Made by a program: the position numbers and the translations under genes. A stretch of 64,000 bases of DNA from Scyliorhinus canicula (lineage: Eukaryota), in assembly GCF_902713615.1 (NCBI RefSeq), contig NC_052151.1, positions 50,010,033 through 50,074,032 on the forward strand, in the 5' to 3' direction. Of this stretch, positions 1-11,608 are shown piece by piece (the stretch's first letter is position 1; each line of letters opens with the position of its first letter). The notes beneath the pieces are model-generated. The model did no database searches. It worked only from the letters and a program-made list of their open reading frames with translations, and was not told the DNA's origin.

Positions 1-281
1 TCTCACTAATATTATGACAGAGAGGCTCGAGTATTATTTTGTCACAGAGCTGAAATAAAATATTCAATCTTAGAAATGGAACCAGCGACCCTCAGTACTT
101 CAGCCTTGCATGAACATTTTTCAGTTCACAATTTACACAGGGCCATTGTATCGCTGGAAGTGCAAAGAAGCAGAATTTCTGTTGATCAAAAGGTTCCCGC
201 TATTCCTCTGTCCAAAATCCGAGTGTAAAAAGTAACAGAGGTGGCCATCCAACAGGTCATGGCCCAACTGGTTGCCTCGTT

Positions 282-638
282 CATAGAATGCCTACACTGC
301 AGAAGAAGGCCAAGCGGCCCATCGGGACAACACCCACCCTCCGAAAGAGGTCTCTACCTCGGCCCAATCCCCCGCCCTATCCCCTTCATCCCATGCATTG
401 CTCATGGCCAATTCATCTAGCCTACACATATTTGGACATTAAAGGGCAATTTAGCATGAACAATCTACCTAAACAGCAAATCTTTGGACTGCGGGAGGAA
501 GCCAGAGAAAACTCACACAGACTCGGGGAGAATGTGCAGACTCCACATAGACAGTCACCCAAGGCTGGGCTGGAATCGAACCTGGGTCAGTGGTACTGTG
601 AAGCAGCAGTGCTAAGCTTTGAACCAACTTGCCACCCA
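282..638 (-). mobile_element. HE1-type V-SINE (tRNA-derived head, V-domain, CR1-like tail)
   Basis: Minus strand reads a tRNA-like head with B-box GGTTCGATTCC, the V-domain TTCCTCCCGCAGTCCAAAGA, and a tail ending TTCTATG. Confidence 0.85.
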
Positions 639-749
639 TTGGGACAGCAGAAGCTTGGGTCATACAGAGGGGCAGCTCAAACACCTTCCAAAGCTCCACT
701 TCAGAAGGACAAGGGAAGCTGACACATGAGGACACCATCACCTCCAAGC

Positions 750-1275
750 TAACAAGTTATTTTACAGTTATACAAAGTACTAGTTGGACTACACTGCGGA
801 ATGTGGATAGGAAAGATAATTGTCCTTGGAGGGACTCCAACATGGATTTAACAGCTGGACTCCAAGAATCACGGGGGTGGGGGTGGGGGGTTCTGTCTAC
901 AGATGCTGCCAGACCTGCTGAGCATTTCCAACATGTTTTGGTTCTATTTCAGATTTCCAGCATCCGGAGTATTTTGCTTTTAACTCAGGGTTGAATTATA
1001 AAAGGAGGTCACACAAACTAGAATTGCATTCTCTGAACTTCAGATAATTAAGGGGTGACTTGCAAGATATTCAGGGAACTTACAGGATAGAGAGAGAAAA
1101 ACTAATTCTGCTGGTTGGGACTGAGAGGGCATAGTCTAAAAATCAGGAGTGAAATTAGGAAATGATTCGAGACACAAATGATGGTAGAAGTTGGACATTT
1201 TCTGACGCAAATTGTAGTTGATGTTAGATCAATTGATCATTTAAAATCCCTGATTGGTAGATTTCTGTTAAAGGA
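750..1275 (+). mobile_element. Degenerate CR1 LINE 3' fragment, interrupted at ~891-982
   Basis: Resembles the RT C-terminal and 3' region of the better-preserved CR1 copy at 15830-16290. Confidence 0.6.
891..982 (+). mobile_element. Penelope-like element terminal fragment (family 2)
   Basis: ACAGATGCTGCCAGACCTGCTGAG...TTCAGATTTCCAGCATCCGGAGTATTTTGCTTTT matches the right arm and tail at 24478-24560. Confidence 0.6.
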
Positions 1276-1279
1276 AGAC

Positions 1280-1420
1280 GAACATTTATATTGCACCTTT
1301 CATTGCCACAGGATGTCCCAAGGCATTCTGCAGTCAATGACGTACATTTGAAGTGCAGTCACTGTTATAACAGAGGAATTGCTGCAGCTAATTTGCACAC
1401 AAGCTCCGACAAACATCAAT
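1280..1420 (-). mobile_element. Deu-type SINE (SacSINE1/AmnSINE1-like) 3' remnant with L2-like tail
   Basis: Minus strand GTGTGCAAATTAGCTGC...ACAGTGACTGCACTTCAAA...TTGGGACATCCTG...GAAAGGTGCAATATAAATG resembles the Deu-SINE 3' region as I recall it. Confidence 0.6.
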
Positions 1421-1444
1421 GTGAACATTACTGGTTTAATTTGA

Positions 1445-2446
1445 ATAATAATAACAATAATCTTTATTTTCACAAGTAGGCTCACATTAACACAGCAGTG
1501 AAGTTACTGTGAAAAGCCCCTGGTCGCCACATTCCCGCGCCTGTTCGGTTCCACAGAGGGAGATTTCAGAACACTCAATTCATCTAACAGCACATCTTTT
1601 GGGATTTGTGGGAGGAAACTGGAGCACCCAGAGGAATCCCACGCAGACACAGGGGACGGGATTCTCCGACCCCGCGCCGGGTGGGAGAATCGCCGGGGAT
1701 CGGCGTGAATCCCGCCCCTGCCGTCCGCCCAATTCTCCCGCCCCCCAAAAACCGGTCCGGCGTGAGTCACGCCGCCCGCCTCGGAGAATGGCGGGGTCCA
1801 GCATGACTCATTGGGCACCGGGGCCTCCCGAATTCTCCAGCCCACGATGGGCCGAAGTCCTGCTCGTTCTTTGCCAGGCCCGCTGGCGTAAATTAGAATA
1901 GGTCCCTTACCGGCGGGACCTGGCGGCGTGGGCGGGCTTCGGGGTTCCTGGGGGGTCGTGGGGGGATCTGGCCCCGGGAGGTGCCCCCACGGTGGCCTGG
2001 CCCGCGATTGGGGCCCACTGATCCGCGGGCGTGCCTGTGCCATGGGGGCACTCTATTTCTCTGCATCGGCCAATGTGGTCCTCCGCAATGGCTGGTGCGG
2101 AGATGAACCCTCCCACGCATGCGCGGGGATGACGCCAGCATGTGTTGGCGTTCCCGTGCATGCACCGACTCGGGCCGGCAGGCGGAGGCCCTTCGGCCCG
2201 GTGGCGTGGCACCAAGCCCCTGTCCCGCCAGCCAGCGGGGCGCCAACCACTCCGGGGTGGGCGTAATCCCTGAAGGTGCGGAGGATTCCGCACCTTTGGG
2301 GCGGTCCGACGCCGGGACCCCTCGCCCCGCCGGGTATGGGAGAATCCTGCCCAGGGAGAACGTGCAGACTCCACACAGTGACCCAAGCTGGAAATCGAAC
2401 CCGGACCCTGGCGCGGTGAAGCAACAGTACTAACCATTGTGCTACC
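1445..2446 (-). mobile_element. V-SINE with non-CR1 tail, split by a Harbinger-type MITE at 1654-2352
   Basis: The SINE sequence CACGCAGACAC-AGG-GAGAACGTGCAGACTCC is restored exactly when 1654-2352 and one AGG are removed. Its tail is shared with 5596-5690 and 58243-58330. Confidence 0.85.
1654..2352. mobile_element. Non-autonomous PIF/Harbinger-type TIR element (~700 bp, CpG-rich)
   Basis: TIRs GGACGGGATTCTCC and GGAGAATCCTGCCC; 3-bp TSD AGG at 1651-1653 and 2353-2355. Confidence 0.85.
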
Positions 2447-2619
2447 TTGTCACCCAAGGACGTGGGTGTCCAAACCGAGTAAAAATAAGAACAAATTTCT
2501 ATTTACAAACAGCATATATACACTTCCTGGTATACTCCCTACCAGGCACTTCGCATGTAATGCCATACTGCCCGACCTTATATACTCTAGGTAATGGAGA
2601 TACCTCACACCTGCATGTT

Positions 2620-2990
2620 TCAGAGGCCAGTGGCGGGAGCATTAAAGGCAGGCACGAGGAGAGGTGCCTCTAATGGGCAACCGCCCTTCCTGCCTGACAG
2701 CAAGCCGCACAAAAGCTGTTGGGCTACCTGCCTTGTCTCTGTCTTCCCCACCACATGTAAAATAGCAACAGAGGCAGAATGTGATCCTTCAGTGGCCATT
2801 AATTGGCCAATTTAGAGCCTCAATAGGCAAAGGGCAGGTGGGATGCCTAACACCTTCCATCTGCACTATAATATGGGAGACTGGCTGGGGGTGGGGGGGG
2901 GGGGGGGGGGGCATTGGGAATGGAATCCATTTTATTGTAACAGCCCACCTGCCTTGAAATATGCTGGCACAGGGGCCATATATTTCAGCC
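2620..2990. mobile_element. Older Harbinger-like non-autonomous element remnant
   Basis: Right end ATATTTCAGCCC is TIR-like. The internal ATTAATTGGCCA block recurs near 45630, in a segment ending AAATTTCTGCCC at 46040. Confidence 0.45.
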
Positions 2991-3873
2991 CAATGTAACA
3001 ATGATATAAAGTGTGTGGAAGACAGAAGGAACAGCATTGACCCCAGAGAACTTTATGTTGAGTGTACATTCCCCTGTAACCAGAACTACTCCCAAATAAT
3101 GCACACATGGTTGAGCTATTCCTTGGGCCGGGAGTTTTCGCACCTGTTTGCAATGGGGGAGGGGGTTCGGCAAACCCCACCCCTCCTTCAGTCAGCAGCT
3201 AACTGGGTTTCCTGATTAGTACAATAAACTAACCTATCATTTTGGCACATATGCTATCCCCCCCATGTCAGAAAATCCATCCATGGCAGCGTGCTGTCAG
3301 AAAGGCCTGAAGCACAACTGACTTCAAAAGGCATGTGCCTGGCGAGCAGACCTACCGGGGAGCTCAGAGGTGTGTGTGGCACCCAGAGGGGGGAGGGTCA
3401 TGCCAGTCTGGGGTCAGGTTGGTGCCAGCTTTGTGCCAGGAGTGCACATGGGTGAAGATCGTTCCCTCGTTTGATAGCTGTGTGCTCAGGCAGCCTTTAA
3501 AAATGGCAACTGGATCACCAAGTCATTTGATTTGATGGCGGGCTGGGTAAATAAGCGACTGCCCGCCAGTGATACGGTATTGAACGTGACTAAGTTTCTT
3601 TTTTCTAGCTCCCAGATACATGGCGGGGAAAGCCGCCAACACTGCTTTTCCTGCCTGATATCGGCTTAAGTCTTAAATTTAAAGTAATGTTTCTATTATT
3701 TGCAAAATAAGAGAATATTTTCCACTACATACATATTTAATAAGCTATGTCAGTACACACACACAAATATTATACATATGTTGCAAAGGTATGTTGTATA
3801 GAATATATTAATTTATAATATTATCAGCTAAATAGATGTACATTGTGCATTTTTCACTCAGAAAAGGACACTT

Positions 3874-4099
3874 GGGCCAGCACGGTGGCTCAGTGGGTTA
3901 GCACTGCAGTCTCACGGCGCTGAGGTCCCAGGTTCGATCCCGGCTCTGGGTCACTGTCCGTGTGGCGTTTGCACATTCTCCCCGTGTTTGCGTGGGTTTC
4001 GCCCCCACAACCCAAAGGTGTGCAAGGTAGGTGGATTGAACACGCTAAATTGCCCCTTAATTGGAAAAAATTAATTGGGTACTCTAAATTTAAAAAAAA
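3874..4099 (+). mobile_element. Short V-SINE with A-rich tail and 13-bp TSD
   Basis: A-box TGGCTCAGTGG, B-box GGTTCGATCCC, shortened V-domain, oligo(A) end. AGAAAAGGACACT at 3860-3872 and 4100-4112. Confidence 0.9.
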
Positions 4100-4148
4100 A
4101 GAAAAGGACACTCAACAGCTACTCAGCTGCATTTGTGAAGGACACCAG

Positions 4149-4856
4149 GGGTGGGATTCTCCCGTACCTGGATGGGCGGGGGTTCCCGGCGGGACGGAGT
4201 GGTGTGAACCACTCCGGTGTCGGGCCACCCCAAACGTGAGGAATCCTCCACACCTTCAGGGGCTAGGCCCGCCCCGGAGTGGTTGGCACCTCGCCGGCCG
4301 CCTGGTTAGGGGATTGGTGCCACGCCACCGGCGCCGAAGGGTCTCCACCAGCCGGCACGAGTCGGCGCATGTGCGGGAGCGCCAGCGCATGCTGGCGTCA
4401 TCCGCGTGCATGCGCAGGAGGGTTTGTCTCCACATCGGCCATCGTGGAGGACCACAGTGGCCGATACGGAACAATAGAGTGCCCCCACGGAACAGGCCCG
4501 CCTGCGGATTGGTGGGCCTCGACTGCAGGCCAGGCCACCGTGGGGCACCTCCAGGGGCATGATCCCCCCGCGACCCCCTAGGAACCCCAGAGCCCTCCCA
4601 CGGCACCAGGCCCCGCCGGTAAGGGACCTACTCTGATTTACGCCGGCAGGACCAGCTACAGACAGGCAGGACTTCGGCCCATCGTGGGCCAGAGAATTGA
4701 GTCGCGCCGGACCCAGCCATTCTCCGAGGCAGGCGGCGCGACACACGCCGGGCCAGTTTTTGGGGGGCGGGAGAATTGGGAGGACAGCAGGGGCGGGATT
4801 CATGCTGACCCCCGGCGATTCTCCCACCCGGTGGCGGGGGTCGGAGAATCCCGCCC
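4149..4856. mobile_element. Harbinger-type TIR element, same family as 1654-2352 in opposite orientation
   Basis: TIRs GGGTGGGATTCTCC and GGAGAATCCCGCCC; flanks CAG/AAG (one mismatch); its reverse complement matches the 1654 copy. Confidence 0.85.
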
Positions 4857-5210
4857 AAGGTGTTTTTTTGAAAACATGGCGAGCAGGATTGAACAGACCT
4901 ATTAGCTGCGGTTGCAAAACCTGTCATACCCACTAAATCCCGCGATAGGGCCATAACACAATTTGCTGCGGTGAGCTTTGGATGAATTTACATCAATTTA
5001 AATCTAATTAAACGGATTTATTAAAATGAAAACCAGTTATGGTGACTATGTCAGGGGGTGCAGAGTTGCTTGGAGGCCCCAGTGTTGAGGGCCTAGACTT
5101 GGCATTTCCCCCACCACCCTGGCAGTGCCAGGGGAGACTGGGGTGGGAACAACTAAGGAGGTAACTTTCCTCCATTGGAAATGGAGTTCCCCTTTTGTGT
5201 GTGTGTGGGG

Positions 5211-5211
<1 letters not shown>

Positions 5212-5251
<40 letters not shown>

Positions 5252-5266
5252 GGGGGGGGGGGGGGG
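5212..5266. repeat. Poly(G) tract
   Basis: Near-pure G run of about 50 nt; similar G or C runs at ~2886, 10306, 10914, 18543, 21463, 25845 and 56926. Confidence 0.95.
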
Positions 5267-5504
5267 AGAAGAGTGTGCACCGATGACAGCCCGGGTTAGG
5301 AAGTGTGGGGGAGGGGGAGGAAAGAATGCCCCTTAATGCTTCCGTGGGGGGTGGGTGGTCCTTCATGGTTGTGGGGGAGGGAGGGGGAGAAAACAGGGGA
5401 GGTTTTATTTACAGACCAGGTGCACTTTAATGATCTCTGTGGAGCCAACCATGCTGACTCAATCAAGCCCCACCCCACCTCAGTGAAAGTGCAAAGTCCC
5501 CAAA

Positions 5505-5690
5505 GGGGCTGGTTTAGCTCACTGGGTTAAATCACTGGCTTTTAAAGCAGACCAAGCAGGCCAGCAGCACAGTTCGATTCCCGTACCAGCCTCCCCAGAC
5601 AGGCGCCGGAATGTGGCGACTAGGGGCTTTTCACAGTAACTTCATTGAAGTCTACTCGTGACAATAAGCGATTTTCATTTTTTCATTTTT
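5505..5690 (+). mobile_element. Short tRNA-derived SINE without V-domain, carrying the non-CR1 tail
   Basis: A-box TAGCTCACTGG and B-box GTTCGATTCC, then CAGGCGCCGGAATGTGGCGACTAGGGGCTTTTCACAGTAACTTCATTG...GTGACAATAA. Confidence 0.8.
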
Positions 5691-7696
5691 CAATTTTCAA
5701 TTCCTTTTTGACAAAGTGTCAGAAGATCTGGTCAGAAAACTTGGCTTTGTTTCTGGAGAGTAACACATCGGTTTTCAGTCAGAATCTGACACTTTGGAGC
5801 TCTCAGAGACAAGTCACATGGTCCAGTTCAAATGAAATGATACTGCATTTTGCATCTTCAAAGCATCTGCCAGGATGGCCTTAGCCCATTTATATTTCTT
5901 CTGAAACCACTCTCATCAAAGTTGAGCTGCTTGTAATTTGAAAAGCCCACCAGAAGACCTAATTGCTGCAAACCAAGTATTTGTAAAGGAGAATTCAGAA
6001 TCAATCTGCCATTATTTCAGACCAATTGTTCCAATGTGGGAAGGAACCCTTCCGTTCTACACATCAGCTCAGGACAATCCGTGAATATTCTTTCTTCCGA
6101 CGTTACTGTTTGCATGCTTGGAGAGTGAGCGGTGAGGGGTAGGGCAGGGTGGGAAATATGCGTGTGTCTTACATTAGTGAATAAGCTGGACATATTTCTG
6201 CAGATTTAACCTTTTGTTAATAATTTCTGCATCTTTATCTGATTGAGTTTTCGCAACAAAAGTAACTCAAGGAATCTGGCCAACCTATCTCTTGCACAAA
6301 GCTAGAGACAGTTAAATAAATGTTAAATTGAAATGATCACCCCTCTTTTAAATTGAATCTCCATTGGACACTTTTAGACTCCATTAGACAATAAGCGATT
6401 TATTATTATTGTTATAACCAACTCAGGAGTAGGACAAACAGAGGAGTCAATTCACCCCTGATAACCCGGTCATGACGGTATATATGCACACAATGGACAT
6501 CACTCATTATTACAAGAACTCATCAGCAGACCGAAATTTCAAATGCTATGCCTGAAATGACAGCTGCTCCTTCACTGCTCCTCAGCCTGTGTGAGATTGT
6601 TTCAACAAGATATATTGCGATGCCTGTATGCAAATGCACTGCAACCAGTCATCTGCTCAGTCAGCCTTGATGTAACTGCAACAAATAGCTTTTGCTGTGT
6701 TGCTGTAAAGGGGAACAAAAAGCGTCCAAATGACTGATGAGGTCTAACTGTGTCAATCATAGAGGGAATGGAAAAGTGGGAACGACATTGAGAGAGTAGA
6801 CAATTCAAAAAATGAAAATCAGTATTAACTCCACTGCTGTGCAGTGAATAGATCTCTCATTCTGCCACAGGATTGGATCTGTGAGATATTCACTCCTTGG
6901 CATAAAGCGATTTGAATATTGCAGACGATTTCCTGGTCCTCTCCCATCCTCTCCTGAAGAAAAACTCATGGGAGGTTCCTAAGATTTTTGTACTACTGAT
7001 ATTAATCTACAAAAATAAATTTACTGAATAATTCGAAGCTGGTGGATGTAGAAATTGAGACGCAAGATGGGATGGCAATTCAATGCCACCAGTTTTACAG
7101 TATCGGACAAAGTTAAAAATATTAACAAGGCATTGAGATGCTTCAAAAAGAAAATTAGAATGTTATGTCCAACAATCGCTGCAAATCATTTTGCTGTCTG
7201 CCTCAAATGGTTTATCTTGGGTCCAGAGGACATGGAAGTAGCCGTAAAGGATAAAAATGGGGCACAGGCGGCATTTACGTTGTTTGTGGGCTTGGGTAGG
7301 GTGCTCTTTCCAAGGGCTGGTTAAGATTCGATGGGCCGAATGGCCTCCTTCTGCACTGTAAATTCTATTATTCTATGATTCTAAGAACCCTGGAATAGAC
7401 ACAGTAACCCGAGACCCCCAGCGGCATCGAGATTTGCATGACCTCTGTGAAGATTATCAAACTACATGTCTTGGATTACACCTAAGGTGGAGTCCTAATG
7501 CAATCTGCTAAATGACATGTCCCTGAATTCCTGCTAGTACGCAGGTCTCCTGCCAGAACTTTGGAAAATTTGGATCTGGAGAAATTATGTAAATGAGCAT
7601 TTTCAGTAATTTTGTGCCATTTCTCTGGGGATTCAACCAATCTTTTGGCTGAAAAACCTCCACAGAATTCCCGTAATGATGCTGAAACAGTGAAAT

Positions 7697-8013
7697 ATAG
7701 AACAGAGAACATACAATGCAGAAGGAGGCCATTCGGCCCATCGAGTCTGTACCGACCTACTTAAGCCCTCACTTCCACCCTATCCCCGTAATCTAATAAT
7801 CCCTCCTAACCTTTTCTTGGTCACTAAGGGCAATTTATCATGGCCAATCCACTTAACCTGCACGCCTCTGAACTGTGGGAGGAAACTGGAGCACCCTGAG
7901 GAGACCCATGCAGACACGAGGAGAACGTACAGACTCCGAACAGACAGTGACCCAGCAGGGAATCGAACCTGGGACCCTGGAGCTGTGAAGCCACAGTGCT
8001 ACCGTGCTGCCCA
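7697..8013 (-). mobile_element. HE1-type V-SINE
   Basis: V-domain, B-box and CR1-type tail on the minus strand; a tail-only copy lies at ~7285-7385 (+). Confidence 0.85.
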
Positions 8014-8114
8014 AAAATAATTATGTTAGGATTTGCATTGTACAGAATTGAGCGCTATCTTAGGCTGCTACAACAATAAAGTATTGTCTGTGTAGGCCTG
8101 TGCTGCTGATCGTA

Positions 8115-9030
8115 ATTTTTTTTATTCTTTCACTGGATGTGGGCATCGCTGGCTCGGCCAGCATTGGTTGCCCATCCCTAATCGAACCTGGGACCCAAGA
8201 CAAACCACTTGAGGCAGGGAGCAAAAAGATTTGCAGCGATTGTTGGACATAACATGCTAATTTTCTTTTCTGAGAGAGTGGTGGTGAGCTGCCTTCTGGA
8301 ACATCTGCAGTCCACATGGTGCAGGTACACCCACAGTGCTGTTAGGGAGGGAGTTTTCAAGTCTTTTCCCAGTGACAGTGAAGAAACAGCGATATATTTG
8401 CAAGTCAGGATGGTGAGTGACTTGAAGGGCAACTTGCAGGCGGTGGGGTTCCCAAATATTGGCTGTCCTGCTCCTTCTAGATGGTGGAGGTGGTGGGTTT
8501 GGAAGGTGCCGTCAAAGGTGACTTGATGATGCTGCAGTGCACCTTGTATATTGTACACAATGCTGTTGCTGTGCATTGGTGGTGGAGGGTGTAATGGATG
8601 TTTAATGAAGTGGACTGGGATTAATCAAGAGAACTGCTTTGTCCTAGATGGTGTCGAGCTTCCAGAGTGTTGTTGGGACTGCATTTATCTAGGCACATGG
8701 AGAATATTCCATCACACTGCTGACTTGAGTTTTATAGATGGTGGACAGGCTTCAGGGAGTCGGGAGAAGAGCTACATTTTGAAGAATTCCTAGCCTCTGA
8801 ACTACTTTTGTAGCTGCAATATTTATGTGGCCAGTCAGTTATGTTTCTGGTCAATGGTAACCCCCAGGATGTTAACAATATGAGGACTCAGCGATGCAAT
8901 GCTGATGAATGTCAAGTGGAGATGGTTAGATTCTCTTTTGTTGGAGATGGTGATTGTTTGGCACTTATGTGACATGTATGTTACTTGCCACTTATCAACC
9001 TAAACCTGAATCTTATCCAGGTCTTGCTGC
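8115..9030 (-). mobile_element. Non-LTR retrotransposon 3' portion (CR1/L2-group family distinct from HER1)
   Basis: Minus-strand end ...GGATGGGCAACCAATGCTGGCCGAGCCAGCGATGCCCACATCC; same family as 41335-43700, which carries an APE-endonuclease ORF. Confidence 0.7.
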
Positions 9031-9537
9031 CAGTTCCCCTGATGTCTCCTCCCATGTGTCTCTCATCAGCCTGGGATACATCTCATTCAGGCCTGTGGAT
9101 GTTTCCACTTTAATGGTTGCTTAACCTGAGTGTACCTGCGCTCTCTCTATGTTAATTCATTCTAATATTTCACAGTCCTCCACCCTGATGTCTACACTTG
9201 GGTTGTCCTTTTCTATTGTGAAGACCAACACAAAGTATTCATCGAGGATTATACCCAGTGGCAGACTCCGCGCTCACCTTAATTTCTGGGGCCCCTCGCC
9301 CCATGACATCACATCCCTATCAACACTGCCCACCCTTGCAAAGGTGCAAGCCACAAAAATACACAAATTGACCATTGTTTCAGTGCTTTTTACCTTGCGA
9401 AAACATGCCGGTATGAACAGCTGCTGAATTTAAATCCAGGCTTACCTCTTGTCATAATGACAGTACAGATGGTCAACATTGCGAGATGGAAAGATCAGCC
9501 GATGACATCACTGCAGCACAGGCCAGTGCAGGGCAGT

Positions 9538-9872
9538 GGGCAGCACAGTGGCACAGTAGCTAGCACTGCTACCTCAGAGCGGCAAGGACCCAGGTTTGAG
9601 TCTGTCTTTGGGTCACCCTCTGTGTGGAGTTTGCACGTTCTCCCCATGTCTTGATCGGTTTCCTCCGGATGCTCTTGTTTCCTCCCACAGTCCAAAGATG
9701 TGCAGGTCAGGTGGATTGGCCATGCTAAATTGCCCCTTCGTGTCCAGGGTTAGGTGCGGTTACAGGGATAGGGTGGGGGAGTAAGTCGAGGTCGGGTGCT
9801 CTTTCGGAGGGTTGGTGCAAATTCATTGGGCCGAATGGCCCCCTTCTACACTGCATTCTCTGGATTATATAG
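9538..9872 (+). mobile_element. HE1-type V-SINE
   Basis: GGGCAGCACAGTGGCACAGT head, TTTCCTCCCACAGTCCAAAGATGTGCAGG V-domain, GGGCCGAATGGCC tail. Confidence 0.85.
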
Positions 9873-11414
9873 AGAATGAGCCAGTCCAGTATAGGAACAA
9901 ATACTCCAATCAACATGGATGCCATTCAGTTTCAAAAGTTAACTTCCTTCCTTCCTCTCAAAATCAAAGAAGTTATTGCCATTAATTCAGGCGGGTGGAG
10001 TTCCCAGTCAGCTCAAGACAAACATCAGTGGTTCTCCATACTTTTGGTAGATGAAGGTGCTGTTTGTGCAATGTTCAAATACTTCAAATTTTTTGAAGTA
10101 AAATTACAAACTGTTGTTTCATTCTCTTACCTCGCCTTCAATTTTCTGCATTTTAACAGCTAGATTGATAATGCCATTTCATATTGCTAAAGAAACTCTT
10201 GTTTTTAATGAATTTTCTGAAAGAGCTGGTTTTTGCACAGTCAATCCCATCTTTTAAATGTAAACACACACACACCACTCCCCGCAAGTCTACAACCCTG
10301 GCCAACCCCCCCCCCCCCCCCCCCCCCCCCCCTCACATGCACTCTCCTCCACTGGTCCCCCCACACTCTCAGACTCCTCCTCTCCAAACCCCCACAACCT
10401 TATTCCTTCACAATCTCACTAACCTCACTCTCCTAAGCTCTTCTGCTTCACTCGTCATCACCTATGGAATGATTTGGTGCCTCATTCCTCGCTACTGTTG
10501 GCTGACCTGCCCTCATCCCTGCGTGGGCTGATTCACCCCTCGCCCTCTCCCCTCGCTGCTCGACAGTTGCTGACCGGGTAGCCCACCTTGACTTGTGGCT
10601 TTCACCCGGTGCTTCGCACCTCACCTCACTGGCCTGCCTTCAGCCCCGGGGCGAGAAACCTGTTTGGCTGTGCCTTTTTTTTCCAAAAGTAAAACCCAGG
10701 ATCTTCTGCTTCTGCCTCCCTCCCCCTCACCTAGTCACCTCTCGTTCCTCATGCGTGCGGGCCTCAACACTCGGACCAGTTTGTATTGCCCCTCTAAGGG
10801 GACTCGACCAGAGGCTGACATCACTCTGCTTCAATTGCTGATATGCATTTGAGTCCATCAGCAAATGCAGTTATAAGCCTCTGGCAGTTAACAGACACCA
10901 GCTGGCGCGGAGCCCCCCCCCCCCCCCCCCCCCCCATTATAAAGTCTACCTCTGACTGTACCCATGTTTTCTGGCTCCACACACAGATTATCTATATGGT
11001 CGCTAATTGGCTCGACTCTTTCCCTTGTTACTTGCTTGCTCATTACATTTTTTTTTAAATCCTTTGGGTTTTCCTTTATTCTACCTGTCAAAGGTTTTTC
11101 ATGCACTCACTTGGCTTTTCTAATTTCCTTTTGAAGTTCTCCCCTGCACATTTTATACAATATAATTGTCGGTCAAGGTTGCCACACACATTTCAGATCA
11201 ACAATGCTCCAAATCTCCATATTTCTTCTCCTCTGAAGAGCTGTGATTTATCAGATTGCCTCAGAAAGCCGCCATCACATAAACATTTGCGTACACAGCA
11301 AATTTTCTTCCCTTTTCTATGGCAGAGAGTGCTAAATCTCAGCAATCCCAGTGTGCACTGTGCAGAAATTCCAAATGTTTCTCAATTCCCACTGGGAGCC
11401 CAGTCAGAAAACTG

Positions 11415-11608
11415 AGGTGGGATTTTCCGGCCCACCGCCCGAGTATTTCCCGGCAGCAGGAGACGGTGCGCCATTTGCTGGTGGCGGGATTCTCTGCTCA
11501 CGCCGTTGTCAATGGGAATTTCCAATGAAGCCACTCCATGCCACAGGGAAACCCACGGGCAGGAACCAGAGAATCCCGTCACCAGTGAACGGCAGGAGAA
11601 TTCCGGCC
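11415..11608. mobile_element. Short (~190 bp) Harbinger-type MITE
   Basis: Imperfect TIRs AGGTGGGATTTTCC and GGAGAATTCCGGCC; internal CAATGGGA motif shared with 12616-12787, 12831-13020 and 18887-19060. Confidence 0.7.

Noticed and set aside
1504-2457. Many overlapping 100-240 aa ORFs here and at 3960-4954, 33784-34611, 42040-43209 and 47529-48419
   Set aside because: They lie inside GC-rich TIR elements, are open in several frames on both strands, are rich in R/P/G/A and show no domain motifs. This is stop-codon scarcity, not genes.
3874-3950. tRNA-like A/B-box sequences (also 5505-5585 and 24190-24265)
   Set aside because: They continue into SINE bodies and tails and lack a full cloverleaf and terminator; these are SINE heads, not tRNA genes.
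5008-5366. Polyproline ORFs (also 10184-10531 and 25424-26058)
   Set aside because: Translations of poly(C) tracts.
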